Source: the human T2T-CHM13v2.0 reference genome, Homo sapiens. Taken from it: a DNA stretch of 64,000 nucleotides. The first letter of the stretch is position 1; each line of letters opens with the position of its first letter. The DNA is taken from NCBI RefSeq assembly GCF_009914755.1, contig NC_060934.1; one strand, 5' to 3'. A program made the translations under genes and the position numbers. The notes beneath the pieces are model-generated. The model had not been told where the DNA came from. It saw nothing but the letters and a program-made list of their open reading frames with translations, and made no database searches. This document shows, in pieces, positions 51,753 through 64,000 of this stretch.

Positions 51753-52592
51753 CACCCCATATTTTAAAACAGTGATATAGTAGTCAAAACTATATTATAC
51801 CAGTTTATTATTCCCTCACTTACAAGAGATTGATTTAAATTTTTCCCACAATAAATTCTACTGCGATTAACATTGCTACACAAATATGAGTGTGCATGGA
51901 AGCTGTTTGGTTCAGGGGCATGGCATGAGTATTATAACATTTGATGGAACTGCAAAATTGGCTACCAAAAATTATTTAGCAATTTGAAGCCCATCATTGA
52001 TTATAATAATAGCTAATATCTACTGAACATTTACCCGATGCCAAACACTGTCCTAAGGGCTTTAGGTAGAGTATTTTAGTGAGCCCTATTGTATCAGTCT
52101 TATTATTACTTCTGTTTTATAGATTAGGAAATGAAAGTTCAAGAAGGTTAAGTAGTTTGCATTATGTAATAGCTAGGAAGTGGTATAGCAATGATTTGAA
52201 CGTAAATCCTTCTTATTTAGTATTGTCCTAAGTTTTCCTGATTCTTTTACTTATTTTGCTTTTATTCATGCCTTCTTCATTCATGAATTTATTTTCAATG
52301 CTGAAGTGCATCTTTGAGCCTTTTCTTCCAGGAAGAATATAGGGGTGGTAAAAACATCTGAGCTTATTTACTGTTGCTCCTAATGGTAGTCTGAATGGTT
52401 ACAGAACTCTAGGCTTAGACTTATTTTCCCCACAGTATATGATATGGGTTTTGTCATCTACTATCCTATTGCAGATGAGATGTTTGAGGCCTAGTAGATT
52501 TTGTATTTCTTTATAAGTAACATTTCTCTCTCCTCTCTCTCCTCTCCCCACCTCTATAACTATATACATATATATATGTACATACACACATA

Positions 52593-52978
52593 TATATTAG
52601 TTCATTCTCACACTGCTATAAAGAAACACCTGAGACTGGGTAATTTATAAAAGAAAGAGGTTTAATTACTCACAGTTCCACAGGCTATACAGGAGGCATG
52701 GCTGGGGAGGCCTCAGGAAACTTACAATCATGGTGGAAGGGGAAGCAGGCACATCTTACATGACTGTAGGTGAGAGAGAGAGTGTGTGTGGAAGTGAAGG
52801 AGGAAGAGCCCCTTATAAAGCCATCAGATCTCCTGAGAACTCACTCATGATCACAAGAACAGCATGGGGGAAACTGCCCCCATGATCCAATCACCTCCTA
52901 CCAGGTCTCTCCCTCAACACCTGGGGATTACAATTCAAGATGAGATTTGGGTGAGGACACAAAGCCTATCCATATCAC
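52593..52978 (-). mobile_element. THE1D/MSTA-type MaLR solo LTR
   Basis: tattagttcattctcacactgctataaag...gagatttgggtgaggacaca...catatca. Confidence 0.88.
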
Positions 52979-54949
52979 TCTCTCTCTTTCTGTTTCTCTG
53001 AGCTTACAGGATTCTCTATTACTGGAGGTCACAAATTCCAGGAAGAAGTGTCTGGATCTTTTTGCAACACTGTAGTTGGTCAGTGAATGGAGATTTTATT
53101 TAAGTCTGAAGATGTTATCTTCAATTTAGGGAAATTTACTGTATTGTTCATTTCATGTCTTTAGCTTAACAGGAAATCCTATTAGGTGGACAGTGGGTCT
53201 CTTGGATTTACTATCCATGTCTCAACATATTCTCAATCTTCATCCCTTATCTTTTAAAAATTATGTTCTCAAAGAGTCTATCAGTTTAATCTTTTGATCT
53301 AATATTTAGGTCTGTGGTAATTTCCATGATTTTATTCAATCGTATTAGATATTTTCTGAAAATATTTTAACTTTACAGTTATTTTCGTCTTTAGCAGTCT
53401 GTTCATAGCAGTAGTATGTCCGAGGATACTAATCTATGCTGTTACATATTAATCATCTTAAAATATTAAAACAGGATGAGCCAGTGAACCTCAAAGGGGA
53501 AAAATAGATGAGATTTAAATGGCCATATATCTGAAGCAGCGAGACTCCACATAGCCTACACAGGGGTCCCTTTCTGTAAGAGAAATGTTGTAATATTCCT
53601 TTTGCTGTCCTGAAATGAAGTTCACTGAAATAATCTACATAATCAACAAGAAACCCCATTGTAATGGAAGAGATAAATAAAAGGAAAACCATTGAAAATA
53701 TGACATATTTTCGTACATAAAGGCTCAAGCAGCACTGCTGTAGAAGAAAACAGAAATCGAATGGATGTAGTTACTGTGTGTGCCACAGCAAAGGTGTGGA
53801 CAAATGAGACAGGTCAGTGGAGACTCAAATGCTATGAGTTGTATTGCAACTGGTGACATGATGTTCCAAAATGGTAAAAAACTGTTAGTATTCTGAAAAA
53901 AAAATGAAGTACAATCTCCCTTTGATTTACATGGTAGTGCATTCCTGGAAAATTCAGTGTATACAATAACCTAGCCAAAATACAGTACCACTCATGTTAT
54001 TCTTTCCCGAGTTGCTTGAGCCAATGTTTATTTTTATTTTTTTCTTAGAAAAGTTTTTAAAGCAATGAATTTTCTTGAGCTCAGTTTTACTCAGATTCCA
54101 TAGATTCTGATTTCAGTGTTATTTTCTGGATAATCTGCAATTTCATTTTTATTTTCTGGATCAGAATACTCTGAATTTTTTATTTCTAGGTCCTTTTTCA
54201 GTTTATATTTGCTATTTGCTTCTAGTTCTATTGGACTACGGTCATAAAATGTAATTTGAGATATTTAAATATTTTAGAGTTTTAATGAGGCTTTTCAGTG
54301 GCCTACTTTAGAATTTTGTTTTATAAATGCCCGATGAGATGTAATCTCATTTTCAGGACAAAATTCTCTTTCCATAGCTATGACATAGCTATGAAAACGA
54401 TTCCCTGTGGGACTAAAATTAAATACAAAGAATCTAAAAGAGAATTCATAAAATGCTATGACATCAGCCTGAAGAATTAGGATATTCAGACCCTCTATAA
54501 CCATTTTTCTTCACGGTCTAAGAGATGTGTTTTACAGATTATCAAGTAATGTGGTTTTGGTGATTATGTTTCTCATGTTTTGTTTTAGGCCTTCAATGCT
54601 CTTCTTGTAGTGGCTCATAGCATTAATTACTAAAGAACGACTTTTTGACCCAGTTAATAAGCATTGACTTCAACTCTGGTTTTTTGTTTTGTTTTTTTTG
54701 TGCTCTCTGCTTTGTTTGCATCTGCCTGGCATACTGTAGTTAATCTTCTCACTTAAAATCTTTCTCATCTGGAAGCATACAGTTGGTTTCATTTTTCAAT
54801 GTAGTTGAAACGTTGTCTCAATACATGAATTTATGCCATTTAAATCTCTTATTAGAGATACAGTTGGTCTTGCTTCTGTCATCTCATTTTATGGATTCTC
54901 TTTTTGATTCTTCGTATTTAATTATAGTCCCACTGGAAATTGCTTTCAA

Positions 54950-55175
54950 TTTTTTTGTTTTGTTGTTTTTTGAGACAGGGTCTCACTCCATCTCCCAGGC
55001 TGGAGTGCAGTGGCGTGATCAGGGCTCGCGGCGGTGACTTCCCAGGCTCAAATGATCCTCCCATCTCAGCTTCCTGAGTAGCTGGGACTACCAGTGCTCA
55101 CCACCATACCTGGCTTTTTTTTTTCTTTTTTCTTTGTAGATAACGAACGGGGTTTCACCATGTTGCCCAGACCGG
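54950..55175 (-). mobile_element. Partial AluJ-like
   Basis: Alu right arm and part of the left arm. Confidence 0.8.
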
Positions 55176-57114
55176 TCAAATTCTTAAAAAATAATTACTT
55201 AACTGATATTTACGTACATTTATATTGCTTCCTTCCTTCTTCCATCCTCCGTTATTGTGACATCATCTAGATTCCTAATAGTAATATATTTTCATAAGTT
55301 TTTACTTTATGCTACATTGCATCCCTTTAACATTTACAGCAATAGATGTTTTGTAGCTATATTTTGTAGTTATCCAAATATATTTCTATTTAGAACTTTT
55401 CTATGTTTAAGTGAAACTGATTACCACAAACAGCTTATCTACTACTAAGCAGCAATGCCTGGCACAGAGCAAGGGCTTAACAAATGGAACCTTTTGGTAT
55501 AATTCTTGCCCTAGTCAAATTAAACAATTAAACAAGCATTACTTTGTTTGAAATGGTAGACTCTGCAGTGTTTAGTCAGCCTTTTAATTTATAACATATT
55601 TTGAGTGACTAATAGAACACAACCATCATAAATTTGTAAATCCAAAAACATTAAGGAAGAACAACTTTTTTCTGAACTTGAATTTTAAGGTTAAATTGTT
55701 ATCCATATTGAGCAGGAAAAAGAAATGAAATCTGAGAAAAATAAAATTTAAATGGAACGTCTTGCATTGGACCATTCTATAGAGTGTATTAACACTCAGT
55801 AATTGTATCATTGCAGGGTGTGTGACCACTGAGCAAAAGGACAACCTTTGCTAAGTGAAAAGTAGATATTGAGAATGGCCTGAGTTGCTCATGAATACTG
55901 TTTCAAATTAGGAGTGCTTTCAGCAGCAAGGAAGCAATGACTTAAACCATCAGAACTTTTTTTTTTTTAATTTAACAGTTAGAGGAAGGAAGTCCCAGGA
56001 TTGGTTCAGCAGTTCAATATTATGGATTTAGGATCTTTTTCACTCAGTCATCCTTAGTACATTGGCCTTTATCATCCTCTGATGTAGGGTTAGGATTATG
56101 GCCGTCATATTGACAAGCACCACAACTGAGCATCTCAAGCAGAAAGATGAGGGCAGGACTATAAAGGATTTTCATTTCATGCAGTTGTTTCTTTACATCA
56201 GGGAAATGTGTCTTTCTCATGGCTCCTCCAACAGACACGACCTCAAACTGGTAGCATGACTGGCCCAGATAAATCACTACAAAAAGGAGATTATCATGAT
56301 TGACTGAGGCCAATCTTGAGTAGGGACTGGAACTCAGGCAGACTTAACAGAAAATTTCATAGTATGCTATCTAAGGTTTTTATACATTTCTGATAATAGC
56401 CATTGTTTGAAGAGGAACCCACTTATACAGGCATGGATACATCAAGTTGTATCTGACTAAAGCAACAGTGTTTTGAGAAAATTATTTGCCAACTGCATGT
56501 GCATAAGTATGAACAATCATTCCTCTAATTACCCAAATCTTAACCTGTTCCCAGCTTTACCTCAAGTTACAGAAACATGATAAAGCACAATGCAGTGGAA
56601 ACAGCGTGGAGCTGGAGGATGCCAGACGACATTCCAGCCCTGATTCCACTGCTCATCACCAATGTCACCCTGGGCAAGGTACTCCAGCCCTGCTGCTCAG
56701 TTTGCTCCACTGTAAAATATGAAGATAATATCTTCCATGTAAGATAGTTGTGGGATTAAATGAGATCATGTATGGAAATTATAAAGATGTTCTATGATTA
56801 ATAAGTACAATTTGGCCAGGCAGTGATTAGGCCTGTGTATGTGTATAAGATAGCTGTTACAAAAGTAAAATATTTTCTGTCCTCCAGAAGCTTAAGTGTA
56901 ACTGAACACGCATTTGGGGATAAAACGGTGGCAGTAGAAGAAATGGCATTAATACAACTAAGGGACATTCCTTTCTAATTGTTATCAGTTACACTGCATA
57001 CCCAGTGGTTGAAAATAAAAATTGGTTCACTTCCTATTGGGGATTACCTAATTAGTTCCTGATGTGTCACTTGGTAGGAAGCTATGAAATTTTTAAAAAA
57101 ATGATAAAGCTTCT

Positions 57115-57479
<365 letters not shown>

Positions 57480-57559
57480 TTATGTAGGGTGATTGAGAAT
57501 ACTTACACAGCTATTTTTAAATTGTGTGATGTGATGATAATGACCATTATACAACAGGA

Positions 57560-57790
57560 GCTCACAATTACTGAACACTTCTGTCCCAGGTTTTGTTCTA
57601 AGTATACATGGATTCTTTCATTTCATGCCCACACCAATCCCATGAGGTAATCACTGTTCTTGTCCCTATTTTTTTCTGATGAGAAAATGAAAAACAGAGA
57701 GGTTCAGTGTTTTTCCCAAGGCTGCAGAGCTGGAAACAGGCAAAATCAGAATGTGAACTGAAGAATTCTGACTCCAGATCCCATGCTCTT
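57560..57790. mobile_element. MIR; further MIR pieces at ~52000-52200 and ~56590-56780
   Basis: Core motif gatgagaaaatgaaaaacagagaggttcagtg...cccaaggctgcagagct. Confidence 0.7.
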
Positions 57791-58177
57791 AAATGCTTTT
57801 AAATGCTCTTCAGAGCAACCTTTCTATGGATGCACAGCTGGGGCTAACTGGCTCGAGGACTGAAGCAAGGCCAATGCTAGCTAGTTTGCATAGCAGATGA
57901 CAATCTGTTCCTATATGCACAGTTGAAAAAGTTGAGTTTCGCCTAACTGGAGCTCAGGAAGAGGATATGTGTGACACTGATTCCTAGTGGGAGGGAGGGA
58001 GAGGAGGTGGGGAGTGGGGGAGGTGTGTTCCCATCATTGATGGTCCTAATTCTTCCTTCCCACTAAGGTTCTCCACATTTTTAAATTGCTGGAATGTATG
58101 GGTAAGAACAACACTAGTGAATTCCATCTCTCCAACAGCCTCGATGAAAGCAGTGTTTGATTGAAAAAAATATGAAA

Positions 58178-58387
58178 TTTAATTTTAGACATGGCAAGTT
58201 CAATTACATCACTTCATATCACAGTAGAAAATATAATTTGTTCTACCATGGGAAATAGTATAATGGAATAGATCACAATAGTAGTATAATAAAATAGAAT
58301 ATCCAAGTGCAAAAACAATTTTCAAGTAAGTACACACACTGTTTGAAGGTACTTTATTAAGATCAAAGATTTTTCATTACATTTATT
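58178..58387 (-). terminator. MPP7: MPP7 polyadenylation signal cluster: ATTAAA (58183-58178), AATAAA (58358-58353), AATAAA (58387-58382)
   Basis: Hexamers read directly on the minus strand at the distal end of the UTR-like sequence. Confidence 0.6.
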
Positions 58388-58892
58388 TATAAATCCTTCC
58401 TAGTCAAAATAAAATAATAAAAATCTGTATCTTTAGAAAGAACATAGTTTTGTAAGTCTGAGAAGGTTATGTTTGTCAGTTTCAAATTATTACAGTTTAG
58501 ATACATTCAATCATTACACAATACCAGGAAGGTCAGCCTTAAAGATACCAAGAACTTCCATATTGGTCAGTAAAATAAGGGTAAAAAATTAAATTTTACT
58601 TTCACCTTTTTATGTTTGATTGACTACAGTCAATAATAGGAGTACAGAATTTACTTTTTGGTCTTGATTTTTAAATATATGAATTTTAAAAAGTGAACGT
58701 TCCTCTTCTCTTACATAGTGGCTCCAACTTAGGGAGCTGGCTTCTGGAGGGAGGAGTGCTATTCTCCTTGCTGGAGAAGGAGGCTGGGGGAAGAAAGTAC
58801 AGAATTCAGGGCCTTTTTGCTGCCGTTGTCAATGAACTCTCGGAGTTGGCCCTGCCTTATTAAATTTTAATCAATTATCTTTCTAAGCATCA

Positions 58893-59069
<177 letters not shown>

Positions 59070-61227
59070 CTACCTGATTTCTAAAATTACCAAAGTGCCC
59101 CCTTTTCCCCCCATTATTTAAAAAATATTGTTCTAGCTCTGCGCTTAAGGTCTGGACCTTTCTTTTTTAAAATGTTATATTTTTATAACATCTTATTATT
59201 ACCACCACCAAAAAAGGACTCAGTTTCTCCCACTTTACACTATATCTCTGTCCCCAAAGTAAATAACTGAAGCAATTATCTGCAATTTTTTTAAAATGTG
59301 GGTATTTCAGGGTAAAGAATTTGGACTGCCTAAATTACTCAGGTGATTGCCTGAATTATTACATATGTCCCATCATTCTTTGTACAAGAAGTCTTGATTT
59401 ATAGAAAATTTCAGACAATGTTCAAAGAAGGAAATATGCTACCCAAACAATCTACTTAAGACTTCAGGTTGGCAACCCTCCCTCTTTCATTTTTTAAAAA
59501 CAAAATTTTTTGCTATTTAATTAATACACTTAGAACTCACTGTCTGGATCACGTTGTTATATAATACTTAGTCTGATTATCTATTTTGGTGTGACTATGT
59601 GTCAAGGCCATTGGAGTGGTTTTTGTCTCTGCTTCTAATATGAACTTGACAAGTATGAAGGAAAACCAGTGAATAATGCTATCAAATGTGCAGTGCACAG
59701 ATCGCACACTTGGATCTATCTTTGTAAAGCTCAAATATTTACATGGAATGTTGACCATGATTTATAAAACTACTCTTTTAAATTAGGACATCTTGACATA
59801 CAATCAGTTTATTTTATGAATAGCCCCGTTTGATATTTAAAAAAATATGCCTTTAAAATATTTCATAAATATATAGAATTTTACTACATTCTATTTTTTT
59901 TCACATGACATTTAAACTCTCTTTACAAATCAACAAAAAAATAACATTTTTTTTTCCACTTTGAAAGTCACAGATGCAATGATTTTCGACGGGCAGGGCT
60001 TCACTGCATGCAAGAACGGCAGGATATGCTCTCTTATAGAACGGATAGACATTTCTAGCATTTTGAATTATATAATTCACTTGCTGAAAATCAGTAGTAT
60101 CAAAGAAAAGTGAGAGAACCCATCTAAATATTTACAATATAAGAGTCTTTCCTAAACTTCTTTAACAATGGCAAGGTTAGGATGGTGTCTGGACAGTGTT
60201 AACAAGCATTTTGATGACAAAGAAATAACATCACATGAAAAGTTTTCTAAAATAAATCTTAGAGCAATTTAAAGAGGGGTGATCTATTGCACATAGATGA
60301 AAAATAATCTTTAATTGTATCAGTAATATGTAAAACAGGTTTTACATGTTTTAGAATAGAAATCCTTCTTCTAATTTATTGGAAAAATCCAAAACCAGCT
60401 AAAATAACATTTTGGGTGACTTCATAAATTGTCTTCTGAGGAATTACAAATAAAAATATCCTTTGTAATCATTTCTTGCCACAAGGCTACCATTCTTACT
60501 TATATTAATCCCAAAGGAAAGGCTTTTCGTTACATATATAATAACTGTTAAAAGTCTACTTTCCCTTATTAAATGTTGTTGAGTCACTGACAGGTACTCA
60601 AAAGGACTTCTCAAGCTATATTATGAAGGCCATTCACTCAAGGTAAAATTTCAGTTACTCCTTTAAGAATTATTTTAAAATGCACACACTGTGAACGTAT
60701 TGCGAATATGTAAGAAAGTCTACACTTTTTGAATAGTAAGAGGACACCTTACTGCCTGCCCGGCTAAATCTGTGATGATCCACCCAGAAACAGCAGAGCT
60801 CACCTGTCTGTCTGGAGCTGCTCATGGCTGCTGAATTGATACCTTCAACAGCTAACATTCAAACTCGACAGCAGCAGCCACACCTGAGACCAGCAGAAGC
60901 GCTGAACTCCCATACATACTAAGCCTCTAGCTAAGTCTCTCTGAAAATTTCAGCCTCATCTTGGAGATAGAGCGGTATTGAAGACAACGAGAAGGTTTGA
61001 GGTTTTGCTTAGAATACAGTACTGTGCATATTTTGATTTCGGATCTTATACTAACACATGGCGTTTGAAATAAGGCTGTAAAAAGATACAAACAAAACCA
61101 GCATTCAACTTGAACCAAGATTGTACATCTATGACAGTGATATAGATTTAAAAACCCTACTACCAAAACTGTAATTGATTTCATCATGCACTCTATAGAA
61201 AAAGACAATTATGGAAATTTCTCTTAG

Positions 61228-61407
<180 letters not shown>

Positions 61408-61839
61408 CTACAAAAGGAAGTATTAAAAAAATAATTGGTTAACCAGGCCATTACCTCACTTCATATCAATGCAAACATTCTACAATTGGTTTACCTAATG
61501 CTGTTCTGTGTTCAGTCTTTCCCCTCAGCCAGAAATAAAAGTCATCCTCTTTAACCACAAGTGCTTCAGAAGCCATAATTTCTAATACTATTTCTATGAT
61601 TTGCTTGTAACAAAAAACTACTCTGGCAAGAGTCAAAACTCCTGCCTTAACTGAATTGCAGGATAATGAGTCACTAGTCATCATTATGGGGAAATGTCAG
61701 TATTAAAATAGCTATTGGAGAAAAGAATTGTTTACTCTGATGTTTTGGCTGCATTATTTATGCTTATTCATAGGAAGGAATTTATAATATAAACTCCTTT
61801 TTCAGAGTTGGACAAATTTGTAAAAGGATGATTACCATG

Positions 61840-62168
<329 letters not shown>

Positions 62169-63239
62169 TAAAAGTGTTTCAGGAGCCTTCGTGTCTCACA
62201 TTTTTAAAGCCAGGAAGTATTTTAGTTGGCTATATAACATAAATGTAAGAGAGCCAAATCCTAAGAATATGTGATCCTTTCTTATCTTCGTTGAGAAACC
62301 TTTAAAATGTCTAAATAGTACAATAAATCTTTATGTTGCAACATGCTGAAATAATTTGAGTCTGCATTTCATTGTCACATAAGATTTCACAATAACAGAA
62401 AATTTAATTTTAGTGTTGATCAAGAGCCTGAGTAACTAACATTGTATGACAGTACCTACTCAGAACGGATATGTACTGTTGGCATGTAAAAAAAGGTATT
62501 TATCAAATATACTGGGAATCAGAAATGTGATCTGTATTTTGTAACCACAATGAACAGTTCATAAATTAATATAAACTAAAGTTAATGATGAGCTAATTAA
62601 GAGGGGCAAGAAAAAAATAAGCTCTTCACATTTAATTTCTTTGCTTTTGATTTTTGGTCCAAAGGTAGAATATATTAAGATTAAGAAGAAAAACAATAAA
62701 AGGTCTTGCCAGAACCCATAATAGTCATGAATATACCACAATCATCATTTCCAATAACACTCATAGAAAATACAAATATTATTGCTGAATAATATTGGTC
62801 TACTTATCCTATACCCAAAATAGTGATTTTCTTTTGCTGTGCTAAATATAATTGTTGACACAAGGAGACAAGCAAGGCACATTATTAAATTTTTCATTTG
62901 GACTCTTAATGAGTAACAGTTACTGATGGTATTTTTAGCTTTAAAAATAAGGCTGCTCTGAAAATTAATTGGTCTAGATTTTATACAAATGTTCAGCCTA
63001 CAATAGTATGAAATGTTCACATAATAGTATACAAAATAGTTTTGAGTCAATTGAATATGAAGATCCATTCACCAAAGCACAAGAAGTGTAACTGTTCAAA
63101 AGGTATGTACCTAAATACAATTCTTTCACTGATTTTTGTATCTATTATACTCTTCCCAAGTACATGCAGCTGTATATATGTTTTCATATATACAACTGTA
63201 TCTTACATCTTATCTACTGCTTATATCTTATCTCCAAGC

Positions 63240-63786
<547 letters not shown>

Positions 63787-64000
63787 CTACAAGGAAGAAA
63801 AGAAAGTTTTCTCACATTTCTCCATAGCATCATGAATTACTGAATTTTCTTTCTAGGAGAAAATTCCTCAAAATTATTCTTTAAGGTCAGTAGTCATTTC
63901 AATATATTATTATTCAATTAACTGTTGACAATTAAATGTAACAAACACTTCTGAAAAGAAGCTGGGGAATGTAACTTGGCATTTTAAAATGTTCTGAAAT

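Overview
Human (primate) genomic DNA, about half interspersed repeats; not prokaryotic, so no operons or CRISPR arrays. Two protein-coding genes can be recognised from their exons, both on the minus strand. At the left is the 5' end of ODAD2 (ARMC4): first coding exon 2087-2348 and a CpG-island promoter at about 5480-6435. At the right is the 3' end of MPP7: last two coding exons 63643-63786 and 61228-61407, plus a ~3 kb 3' UTR running to about 58160. From recall these genes are neighbours at 10p12.1. The ~52 kb between them is mostly Alu, L1, L2, MIR, MaLR/ERVL and DNA-transposon relics, and nearly all ORFs in the supplied track are spurious or repeat-derived. I did not find a convincing new biological system. 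The most notable element that the ORF track misses is a cytochrome c (CYCS) processed pseudogene at ~39835-40481. It has a twin-priming 5' inversion, carries ancestral residues and sits inside an old L1. Other points worth checking are the RFX/forkhead motif architecture of the ODAD2 promoter, an in-frame Alu-derived cryptic donor beside an MPP7 exon, alternative polyadenylation of MPP7, and several tandem-duplication or palindrome scars. Repeat family names, subfamily calls and many repeat boundaries are by eye and approximate.
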